IMG/VR virus record: IMGVR_UViG_3300005719_000002
Coordinates: 11,485 to 75,484 of that record
Length of the DNA: 64,000 nucleotides
Source: a virus
Lineage: Duplodnaviria > Caudoviricetes
Direction: 5' to 3' (one strand)
In this document: piece after piece, positions 25,402 through 32,887 of the stretch
How positions within the stretch are numbered: position 1 is the first letter of the stretch
Layout of the letters: each line of letters starts with the position of its first letter
Made by a program: the position numbers and the translations under genes
The notes under the pieces: generated by a model
Databases searched by the model: none
What the model was told of the DNA's origin: nothing
The model's input: the letters and a program-made list of their open reading frames with translations, nothing else

Positions 25402-25405
25402 TCCT

Positions 25406-25627
25406 TCACGCTGTCTCTCGGTTGGGTTTCTCGATGAAGTACCGTTTCACCCTCGCACCGCCTTCGGTTTTAACCCATTCGTCGGTAATCGGATGTCCCG
25501 CGTTCCTCAGTTCATGGATTCTCCCTTTCGCGTTCATGCAATGAAAGTCTCTCAGGATGTCGAGACAGGTCAGTTTACGCCCGTTCTCCATCGCCGCGAG
25601 TATCTGGGTTTCTTGAGATTCTTTCAT
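25406..25627 (-). CDS. Winged HTH protein (HTH_39-like)
   Basis: SQETQILAAMENGRKLT...GRIHELRNAGHPI. Confidence 0.75.
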   Translation of the reverse strand: MKESQETQILAAMENGRKLTCLDILRDFHCMNAKGRIHELRNAGHPITDEWVKTEGGARVKRYFIEKPNRETA

Positions 25628-25629
25628 GG

Positions 25630-26217
25630 CTAAAAGGGCACATCCAAGTCGTCGTCTGCCGGTTCTATTGGCGGCGGGGTTTCCTCTCCGTATTGTCCCG
25701 TTGATTGCTGTTCAGTGGCTTGCACTTCTGCCCAAGTTTGAGGTCGCTGGCCTAGTCTTTCCTGGAGTTTGGTTGCGAGCGGGAACAGTTTTCGCTCCTT
25801 GTCCCAAATTACCTTGATTCGCTCGCCGCTGGCGCGATGCAACCGTCCGAATACTACTTTCTCTCCGCCGTTTGCAACAACCAACGTGTACGGCAAAGAG
25901 AAATCATCAATGATTTCCATTGCCAATAGGATTCCTCGTGCAAAGGTTGTGTCTACGCCCGTGCGGATCACATACGGCTTGTCGGCCATTATGTTGATAT
26001 CAAGTTTGGTGTTCTGTTTTTCCTTGAATGTCTTGATTGACATTCGTAATCCTGTAATCGTTCCGGTTAAGGCTTTTTCCTTGACTGGAATTTGTTTCTT
26101 CTGGTCGTGGTCGTAGAGATGCCACGGGTACACGTTTCCTTGTTCGTCCACGCTTTCACCAACGAACAGAAAGACCGGATCGGGCGATTCGCCCAAACCT
26201 AATTTAACTTCGCTCAT
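25630..26217 (-). CDS. Putative ssDNA-binding protein
   Basis: Acidic SSB-type tail DDDLDVPF; beta-rich core; recombination context. Confidence 0.6.
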   Translation of the reverse strand: MSEVKLGLGESPDPVFLFVGESVDEQGNVYPWHLYDHDQKKQIPVKEKALTGTITGLRMSIKTFKEKQNTKLDINIMADKPYVIRTGVDTTFARGILLAMEIIDDFSLPYTLVVANGGEKVVFGRLHRASGERIKVIWDKERKLFPLATKLQERLGQRPQTWAEVQATEQQSTGQYGEETPPPIEPADDDLDVPF

Positions 26218-26644
26218 TTACGTTCGCTCCTTTTGCTAAAAAGACATCTGATGATACGACTACAATTCCACAAAACTCGGCCAACCACGCAGCACACTTC
26301 TCGATGTAATCCGTAAATTCTGCCGTATCGAGGTTGTGTGATGTTGGTGTAATGACTACTGCTTGGCCTCCGATTTCCTTGTACTTCACGCCGAGAATCT
26401 TTTGCTTCAGCATTTCGTGCGCTTGTTCAGGTTCGATGCTTTCGCCCCACTCATCGTGTAACCATTCAACGAACGGAGCCACGACAGCCACCCAGTAATA
26501 GGAATTCTGATTGAGACTTCGGTTGAATCTCCGGCGCGTGAGCGTCATTTCCCAAACACCCTGAAGAGTTCCGATCTTGGACATCACCTGACGTTTTATA
26601 GTCAAGTCATCCATGTTCAGAATGAGGGATTCTTTTCTACTCAC
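26204..26644 (-). CDS. ninB: NinB/Orf-like recombination protein
   Basis: RSLNQNSYYW...HEMLK...TSHNLDTAEFTDYIEKC. Confidence 0.75.
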   Translation of the reverse strand: MSRKESLILNMDDLTIKRQVMSKIGTLQGVWEMTLTRRRFNRSLNQNSYYWVAVVAPFVEWLHDEWGESIEPEQAHEMLKQKILGVKYKEIGGQAVVITPTSHNLDTAEFTDYIEKCAAWLAEFCGIVVVSSDVFLAKGANVNERS

Positions 26645-27426
26645 TGAATCTTAACCTCTCCTGCGCCTAACGTCTTACATCCTTGAAGGAAATTACAATA
26701 GCCACACGGGAACTTCACGGCATCGGGATTGACGATAATCTTCCCCTCGTACTCCCGATCTGGCATCACGCCATTGCGCACCATCTCAACGATGGTTCTA
26801 TGGCGCTGGAGTTCGTTCATTGTCGCGTCTGCGTGGTCGGCAGCATTAAACCGCCACTCCCAAGTTACAGGTTCATCCTTTGCCGCCGTCTTGCGAACGT
26901 AAACTATCGCCATGTAAGGCGCGTCAAACATCTGCGCGTAGATTCCTACCTGAAGTAAATGAGGGCGGCTTGGGCCTTCGGGCGGATCGGGATTTTTCTT
27001 TTTCCACCGTCCGTTGGATTTCAAGGGAATGCCCGTGGCTTTCTCAAATCCAAAGTCTGCTGTGGATTTAATCTCACACACGACTTTGTTTCCATCTTCG
27101 GCTGAGTAGCGAAGGTCTAAATGCCCTGTGATGTAATTCCCGATTTCACCTTCCAGTTCCTTCTCCGCATCAGGAAACTTTGACATCATAGCCGTCTGTA
27201 CGAGGTCGTGAATCTTATCTCCGATCCAGAAGTTCACCAGCGACTCGCCTGACGGGGGATTGGTTGCAGGGATGCCCGTAATCTTAAAGGCTATCTGTCT
27301 CGCACAGTTCCCCGCTGAAGATGCCCGTGAGCGCAAGACAGGCTCGGCGTCGGGTTTAGCCTCTCGCGGCTCCTGAGCGACCAGCAAGTGCTCGAATATA
27401 ACCTCTTGGACTTTAGGCAGCGGCAT
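26641..27426 (-). CDS. Cas4-like PD-(D/E)xK exonuclease with probable Fe-S cysteines
   Basis: RASSAGNCARQ, GHLD, EIKS, QVGIY, CGYCNFLQGC. Confidence 0.8.
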   Translation of the reverse strand: MPLPKVQEVIFEHLLVAQEPREAKPDAEPVLRSRASSAGNCARQIAFKITGIPATNPPSGESLVNFWIGDKIHDLVQTAMMSKFPDAEKELEGEIGNYITGHLDLRYSAEDGNKVVCEIKSTADFGFEKATGIPLKSNGRWKKKNPDPPEGPSRPHLLQVGIYAQMFDAPYMAIVYVRKTAAKDEPVTWEWRFNAADHADATMNELQRHRTIVEMVRNGVMPDREYEGKIIVNPDAVKFPCGYCNFLQGCKTLGAGEVKIQ

Positions 27427-27628
27427 TAGGTCTTACTCCGGCCAGCGGATTGACTTCAAAGTACCCCACGCCACACTTTGTACACTCAGGCTCGTCAGCC
27501 CAAACGTGGGAACACTCTGATTGATACCGTTCGGCAAACTTCCGCAGCGGTTCACCCGACCCTGCTACGATTAAATCCTGAGAGTCTGCCATTGCGCGTA
27601 GTGCGCCCCTTAATAAAGTCTCGCTCAT
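27413..27628 (-). CDS. Small hypothetical protein
   Basis: ATGA overlap; CTKC motif. Confidence 0.5.
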   Translation of the reverse strand: MSETLLRGALRAMADSQDLIVAGSGEPLRKFAERYQSECSHVWADEPECTKCGVGYFEVNPLAGVRPNAAA

Positions 27629-27780
27629 TTTTTAACCTTCTCCTCAGACTGCGCCAGAGCTTGCACGGCGCGATCCAGCACTCGCCCCTCTGTCAAGTCC
27701 ATCACCCGCGCCATCTCTCGCATTAGCTTCACCGTCTCTGGCAATACCGTCCGGTGAATTCTTACTCGCTTTTTTGGCAT
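27625..27780 (-). CDS. Ribbon-helix-helix regulator, leaderless
   Basis: MPKKRVRIHRTVLPETVKLMREMA...EGRVLDRAV; ATG 7 nt after the -10 element. Confidence 0.7.
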   Translation of the reverse strand: MPKKRVRIHRTVLPETVKLMREMARVMDLTEGRVLDRAVQALAQSEEKVKK

Positions 27781-27816
27781 GTGCAAGACAATACACCTAT
27801 TGTGTGCAAGTGTCAA
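27781..27816 (-). promoter_or_regulatory. Leftward sigma70 promoter with TGTGCAAG repeats
   Basis: TTGACA-17-TATTGT on the minus strand; TGTGCAAG at 27780-27787 and 27803-27810. Confidence 0.8.
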
Positions 27817-27869
27817 GCGAAATAATCATTGAACTTATCAGAATTTCTATGCTAATCTATGCTGACAAT

Positions 27870-27898
27870 TTGCGAAGCCGATGGCGACGGCTTATAAT
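27870..27898 (+). promoter_or_regulatory. Rightward sigma70 promoter of the replication operon
   Basis: TTGCGA-17-TATAAT; AAGCCG/CGGCTT inverted repeat in the spacer. Confidence 0.75.
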
Positions 27899-28004
27899 GA
27901 CTCAAGAGCGGCTTTTCACAGTCGCGTCCGTCAGTCTTGTTGACCTTCTTGAGTCGGCAACTAGACCGCCAGATGCGACGCGACGGTGAAAGGCCGTTTT
28001 CTTT
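27899..28004 (+). ncRNA. Structured leader / attenuator candidate
   Basis: 20-bp helix 27909-27928 / 27977-27996 then TTTTCTTT; 9-bp helix 27899-27907 / 27947-27955. Confidence 0.55.
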
Positions 28005-28010
28005 CCTCCG

Positions 28011-28751
28011 ATGAACCATGAAATAACTGACGACGGCGATCCTCGATACTACTGGGCGCAAATTCCAAACATTGTCTGCTTGCTCGGCCTTAGCCCTTTC
28101 GAACTGGCATTGTATGTACATCTTAAAAAAGCCGCCGGAGCGCGGCCTAACGGTAAGTGTACGAAATCCCGCGCAACTTTAGCCAAGGAATGCCGCATGG
28201 GGAGCGGGTCGGTTAGCCGCGCTCGTGCCGCGCTGGAAAAGCCAAGACCTGAACTAGCCGGAAAGCCTCTCATTCGGGTTCGTGAAATCCCTAACCCTAA
28301 AGGCGGAAAAGCCTACCTCGAAGTTACGATCACCGACATCTGGAAAGACAATATCAACCGCTTTACACCAACGTCCCCTGTGGACTTTGCCTCAACCCAA
28401 CGTCCAGAAGCACCTCAACCAACGTCCAGAGCAACGTCCCCTGTGGACATAAAGAAGAACAGTAAGAAGAACCCTAATAAAGAAGAAGAAGGCGCAACGC
28501 TTATTTCTGACCTTCAAAGCGATCCGGCTTACGAGCGTCTGGACGTGGCGCTTGAGTTCCGCAAGGCTGATCGCTGGTGCTCGGTGAACCATCGCCAGTT
28601 GACGCCCAGGTTCTTCGTGAACTGGCTTAACCGAATTGATCAGCCCTTCCGTCCAGCTGATGGCGGTAACGGCTACTCGATGTCCCGCAATGGGCGCAAC
28701 ATCGACGCCGGTCTCAGCTATATAAACTCTCTCTCAGAAAAAACTTCTTGA
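28011..28751 (+). CDS. Replication initiator (lambda O-like, N-terminal wHTH)
   Basis: LSPFELALYVHL...KSRATLAKECRMGSGSVSRARAALE; internal iterons. Confidence 0.75.
   Translation: MNHEITDDGDPRYYWAQIPNIVCLLGLSPFELALYVHLKKAAGARPNGKCTKSRATLAKECRMGSGSVSRARAALEKPRPELAGKPLIRVREIPNPKGGKAYLEVTITDIWKDNINRFTPTSPVDFASTQRPEAPQPTSRATSPVDIKKNSKKNPNKEEEGATLISDLQSDPAYERLDVALEFRKADRWCSVNHRQLTPRFFVNWLNRIDQPFRPADGGNGYSMSRNGRNIDAGLSYINSLSEKTS
28369..28492 (+). repeat. Putative replication origin: four CAACGTCC iterons plus A-rich tract
   Basis: CAACGTCC at 28369, 28398, 28420 and 28432, followed by AAAGAAGAACAGTAAGAAGAA... Confidence 0.75.
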
Positions 28752-28777
28752 CTTCTTACTTACCTGTAAGTTAGTAT
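28748..28777 (+). promoter_or_regulatory. Sigma70-like promoter with palindromic operator
   Basis: TTGACT-18-TAGTAT; ACTTAC-CT-GTAAGT palindrome at 28758-28771. Confidence 0.65.
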
Positions 28778-28786
28778 CCGCGCCTG

Positions 28787-28954
28787 ATGAAGATAACACT
28801 CCGTCAGTTGACCTGCAAGCGTTGCGGTCACAAATGGAATCCGCGCACGAAGTTTGTAACGATGTGCGCTAAATGCAAGTCGATTTATTGGAATCATGCG
28901 AAAACGAAACCGCCCCAATCCGTTACTAGGACAAAAGCTCAGTCAGGGCCATAA
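28787..28954 (+). CDS. Zn-ribbon mini-protein (55 aa), paralog of 9297, absent from the ORF track
   Basis: CKRCGHKW...CAKCKSIYWN. Confidence 0.75.
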   Translation: MKITLRQLTCKRCGHKWNPRTKFVTMCAKCKSIYWNHAKTKPPQSVTRTKAQSGP

Positions 28955-29132
28955 ACTGCGCGCTAAAGAGGGCCGCGACAGGGTAAGGCAGGAAGTTCAC
29001 GAGCAGTTTATGAAGCATTGTTTTGGAGACGATTTCTGGGAGCGGCCCGTTGAAGAGAGATTTGAAATGGCAATACAACGCGCGCTCCGTGTTCCGGTCA
29101 CAGCGTTGGGCGAGGGTAAGCCGAAAAAGTGA
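28896..29132 (+). CDS. Small hypothetical protein
   Basis: GTGA overlap with the next gene. Confidence 0.45.
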   Translation: MRKRNRPNPLLGQKLSQGHKLRAKEGRDRVRQEVHEQFMKHCFGDDFWERPVEERFEMAIQRALRVPVTALGEGKPKK

Positions 29133-29944
29133 GAGCGGTTAATCCAACATTGGGACATCGCAAGAGCGCGGGCACGGTGGCACGTAGCGTTGCGGGAATC
29201 CGAGCGCGGCAAGCGAGAGGGTTAAGGTTCGGACGCAGCCCAACGTCTATCATTCTCGCGGCGATTTGTGAAACATGCGGCAAGGATTTTCTTTGGACGA
29301 CGGGAGGAGCAAGAGAGGGGGCTAAATCACAAACAACTGGACGGTTCTGCTCGCATCCATGTTTGGTGAAATGGCTACATAAACATCGACAAATTCTTCC
29401 TGATATTGAAGTGATAAAAAAGATGTACTGGGAAGATGGGATGTCGCTTTGGGAAATTGCTCGCAAGTGTGGCGCGAAAACCCACAAGGCAGTGGAGCAC
29501 GCCATGAAGAAAGCTGGCATACGTCGCAGGCCGCGACGCAATACGGGCAAGCATGTGTGCGTTGTTGAAGGGTGTAAAAACCCGACGTTTAAGATCGTCC
29601 ACAGTAACAACAAGTCGCCTTATGGTCGTCGCTGTGAAAAACACTGGGTAGAACATAGAAAAGCGTTGCAACTCGATTATCAACGCCGGAAACACAACAG
29701 TCCGATGTGCGAGATCGCGCAGGCAATGGTTGAGGGTTGCAGTACGTCGCACGAAATCGCCGCAGTGCTCAACGAACCGGTGAGGCGAATTTCTTGCACG
29801 ATGGGCCACATGAAGGGAATAGGCATGGTGCGGATCGCTGGGCGCGCTCGTTCTGAATGTCCGAGCGGCCAAAGCGAAGCCAAGATTTATGAATTGGCAA
29901 AGGAATGGAAGTCGAAGATACCGATGTACCTGAGAACGAGTTAG
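29129..29944 (+). CDS. Zn-finger/HTH DNA-binding protein
   Basis: CETCGKDF...FCSHPC; YWEDGMSLWEIARKCG HTH; CVVEGC; C-terminal wHTH-like region. Confidence 0.6.
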   Translation: MRAVNPTLGHRKSAGTVARSVAGIRARQARGLRFGRSPTSIILAAICETCGKDFLWTTGGAREGAKSQTTGRFCSHPCLVKWLHKHRQILPDIEVIKKMYWEDGMSLWEIARKCGAKTHKAVEHAMKKAGIRRRPRRNTGKHVCVVEGCKNPTFKIVHSNNKSPYGRRCEKHWVEHRKALQLDYQRRKHNSPMCEIAQAMVEGCSTSHEIAAVLNEPVRRISCTMGHMKGIGMVRIAGRARSECPSGQSEAKIYELAKEWKSKIPMYLRTS

Positions 29945-31113
29945 ACCGTGAAATTTCTGTTACGGGCCTGATGTCGGAGTCTCGAATGTTGCGGGCTGCA
30001 AGCCCGCCGAGAAACAAAATGAATCAAGAATGGTCAATCGACAAAGTTCAATTTAACGAAGGCAACCCCCGCCGTCGATTGCGGGACTCTGCCTTCGATG
30101 AGCTTGTCGCGTCAATCAAGGCGCAGGGTATTCTCTCTCCGTTGTTGATTACGCCGGAAGGCGTTGTGTTGGCGGGCAATCGGCGGTTGGCGGCGGCGCA
30201 TCAACTCAAGTTGCAAACGGTGCCTGTGCGCGTCCTTCCGCAAACAGGGAAAGACCGCGATCTAATTCCGCTGATTGAAAACTTGATTCGCACCGATCTA
30301 ACCCCGCTGGACGCGATGGATTACATGGTGACGCTGCGTAAACGGTGGAACCTCAACATCACCGGCATCTCAAATCTCACGGGTATCTCTACTGGAACGG
30401 TTGGTCAGTATCTTCGTATCGCGGACGGCCCGAAAGCTATCCGTCAAATGATTGCGGAAGATCGGATTGGCCTGTCAGCGGCGTGTGCGCTTCTGCGTCA
30501 CGCGGATTCAGAACTCATCACTCTGCTGTCAAAGAAAGAACAGGTTAGTTACAAAGAGGCTCGTCAGCTAATCGCAGCAATCAAAAACGAGAAGCGCAAA
30601 GAACCGATTGTTGAACCGCCGAGTCCCAAGCGAGCAGACACGATCACCTCAAGTGGCTTCATGTTCTACAGCAACATGACCATGAAGTTTATTGAGAGTG
30701 ATTTGTGTGACGTTACCCACGAGCAGATATTTACTCGACTGAAAGAGTTGGCTGACTTAATCAATCCGGTTATCGCTAACGCTAACCGTCCGCGACTACC
30801 GACGAAAATTCCAGACAATCGAATGGCGCATCCGGCCATCGTTGCGTTCAAAGCCGCTACCGGATCATATCCGAAACGAATGCTCATGGATCAGGTTATC
30901 GAGACGCTGGGTGAGAATCCAGACGTGACGCGACTCAATCAGGTGTTCGTGGCATGGACAGCCAAGGGCTACAACCCGCTGAATCTGAATTTTCTTGAAT
31001 GGTACATCAAGGGAATTCCGGCAAATGGAAATGGGAAGTCAAAGTATGAAACCGCTTCAACGCGCAATGCCCGAAATATCAACGACGCCCTCGACCACAT
31101 CGCTAAACTATAG
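29905..31113 (+). CDS. ParB-like N-domain and HTH fused to a replication-initiator-like C-domain
   Basis: NPRRRL...ELVASIKAQGILSPLLI...LAGNRRLAA...LIENLIRTDLTPLD. Confidence 0.75.
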   Translation: MEVEDTDVPENELDREISVTGLMSESRMLRAASPPRNKMNQEWSIDKVQFNEGNPRRRLRDSAFDELVASIKAQGILSPLLITPEGVVLAGNRRLAAAHQLKLQTVPVRVLPQTGKDRDLIPLIENLIRTDLTPLDAMDYMVTLRKRWNLNITGISNLTGISTGTVGQYLRIADGPKAIRQMIAEDRIGLSAACALLRHADSELITLLSKKEQVSYKEARQLIAAIKNEKRKEPIVEPPSPKRADTITSSGFMFYSNMTMKFIESDLCDVTHEQIFTRLKELADLINPVIANANRPRLPTKIPDNRMAHPAIVAFKAATGSYPKRMLMDQVIETLGENPDVTRLNQVFVAWTAKGYNPLNLNFLEWYIKGIPANGNGKSKYETASTRNARNINDALDHIAKL

Positions 31114-31504
31114 CCAGGCAGTGGGGCTGTTGCTGATGGCGATGAGGATGGCTTTTTCATTGCCGCCACTGGAGACGGTTGGCAGAGACGGCGGTGAAGG
31201 TGAATTCCCCCGCATGGTGAAGGTTTGGACGCGCACCCTTCAGCCGATAGTGCCTCTTGATTGGCTGCAACGGGCTTACGACGAAGCGATGCGTCTGCAT
31301 AAATCATCCTTCCCGCTTACGGCCCCGGAAATCACGGCGGCGTATCAAGACTTGATGGCCGTGCGCGGGCCGCATCCGAACATCTCACCTAATCGAATGT
31401 TGAAAGGAGAGGTCTGTCCGAATTGTCATGGCACGGGTATGGCACAATACGAAGAGAGCGGCTATACGCTTTCACGAAGATGCGAGCACCCGGAATCTAT
31501 TTGA
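31025..31504 (+). CDS. Putative helicase loader (lambda P/G39P-like position) with C-terminal Zn motif
   Basis: Overlaps the initiator C-terminus; WTRTL...LQRAY...FPLTAPEI; CPNCHGTG. Start uncertain. Confidence 0.5.
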   Translation: MEMGSQSMKPLQRAMPEISTTPSTTSLNYSQAVGLLLMAMRMAFSLPPLETVGRDGGEGEFPRMVKVWTRTLQPIVPLDWLQRAYDEAMRLHKSSFPLTAPEITAAYQDLMAVRGPHPNISPNRMLKGEVCPNCHGTGMAQYEESGYTLSRRCEHPESI

Positions 31505-31826
31505 TTCTGTAATTGATCGTGAACGAGTCCGCGAGGTTAATCAGAAACCTTACGGTCGCGCTCCCGCTTTCGATGGCGCGACGTTCGACGCGCAGAAAGA
31601 TTACGTCCGCCTCAAAGGACAACTCGCTGCCGTCTATGAAGTGATGTCAGACGGATGCTGGCGCACCCTCAGCGAAATCAAGAATCTAGTTGGCGGAAGC
31701 GAGGCGGGCATCTCAGCAAGGCTGCGCGATCTTCGCAAGCAGAAGTTTGGATCGCATCGCGTCAATCGACGGCGGCGCGAACACGCAAATGGGTTGTGGG
31801 AATATCAACTCATAGCCAACAAGTGA
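31428..31826 (+). CDS. Winged HTH protein
   Basis: WRTLSEI...SEAGISARLRDLRK...GLWEYQL. Confidence 0.65.
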   Translation: MARVWHNTKRAAIRFHEDASTRNLFDSVIDRERVREVNQKPYGRAPAFDGATFDAQKDYVRLKGQLAAVYEVMSDGCWRTLSEIKNLVGGSEAGISARLRDLRKQKFGSHRVNRRRREHANGLWEYQLIANK

Positions 31827-31830
31827 TCCA

Positions 31831-32031
31831 ATGTACGTTAAGACAGATTGGAATTCTCGCTTTCGGATTTGTCCGGGCTGTCCCGCCAGAGGCCCACAAC
31901 CCTTGTCTAACTTCTGGCGATGTTCTACCAGACCGAATCAACACACGTCGCGGTGTAAACGATGCCATCAGAAGTCAGTAAAAGAATATCGTAATAGAGT
32001 AAGAGCCTTAGGACTAAGCCGGAGATGGTAA
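31831..32031 (+). CDS. Small Zn-binding protein
   Basis: CPGC...CKRC. Confidence 0.5.
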   Translation: MYVKTDWNSRFRICPGCPARGPQPLSNFWRCSTRPNQHTSRCKRCHQKSVKEYRNRVRALGLSRRW

Positions 32032-32032
32032 C

Positions 32033-32617
32033 TTGAGCCTGAAACCAGCCACATTCGAGGAAGGGAAAGCGAGAGCCGCCCGCTACGCAGAGAAGCGGAA
32101 GGGCAAAATACTGCAATTTGGTCATAGACGCGCCAGAATCGCCCCAGAAACGATTCAGGGTGTCGAAGGCGGCAATGGTATTCCTGACGCCCCAAACGCC
32201 AGCCGCACAAAGCAGGGCAAGAAGCGAAAGGGCTTCAGGTCGGTCACAAGAGACCAAGCCGATCATTTCTTCAGTTTGTTCATCCGGTATCGGGACAACT
32301 GGACGTGTCAACGCTGCGGAAGTAAGTACGAACCTGTCACCGCGTCCCTTCAGTGCAGTCACTTCTACGGTCGGGCAAGAGAGAACACAAGATTTGATCC
32401 GATCAATGCTGATGCTCAATGCGCAGGGTGTCACAATTTCCTAGGGGCTAATCCTGAACTACACAGAGAGTGGAAACTTCAAAGGATCGGGGAAGATGCT
32501 TACATGAAACTCAGGGTTAGGGCAGAGTCAAGATGTAAGAAGGATCGAAAGCTGATGGCGATGATCTGTAAAAAGCTCTTTGAAGATGAAAAGAAACGAT
32601 TCGAGTCATCCTCATAG
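32033..32617 (+). CDS. ninG: NinG/Rap-like HNH junction endonuclease
   Basis: ADHFFSLFIRYRD...CQRCG...QCSHF...TRFDPINADAQCAGCHNF. Confidence 0.85.
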   Translation: MSLKPATFEEGKARAARYAEKRKGKILQFGHRRARIAPETIQGVEGGNGIPDAPNASRTKQGKKRKGFRSVTRDQADHFFSLFIRYRDNWTCQRCGSKYEPVTASLQCSHFYGRARENTRFDPINADAQCAGCHNFLGANPELHREWKLQRIGEDAYMKLRVRAESRCKKDRKLMAMICKKLFEDEKKRFESSS

Positions 32618-32683
32618 ACCACCATCAGTCATCTCCTCCAAGGCTTCAGTGGGCGGCGCGGGTAGTGACTATCGGCTTCCTCG

Positions 32684-32887
32684 TTAATCGAAAAAAGTTA
32701 CGCACGCCCAAAACAGTAGCGCCATTAAACCTGACCCAGCCAGAAATCCTGAAAACCACAGTTGCCAGAGCTTACGCCGCCCTTCAGTCGCTGCGGAGAA
32801 CGCGACGTATGTCAAGGCGCTAATAAGACAGTTACTCGTAGCTATCATTAACAGCGGTAGAAGCAGGTATTTATCTTCGCTCATCAC
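32684..32887 (-). CDS. Small membrane protein
   Basis: Two hydrophobic segments; overlap with the upstream stop. Confidence 0.5.
   Translation of the reverse strand: MMSEDKYLLLPLLMIATSNCLISALTYVAFSAATEGRRKLWQLWFSGFLAGSGLMALLFWACVTFFD

Noticed and set aside
26641-27426. Cas4 as evidence of a CRISPR-Cas system
   Set aside because: No cas1/cas2 or array; stand-alone Cas4-like nucleases are common in phage recombination modules.
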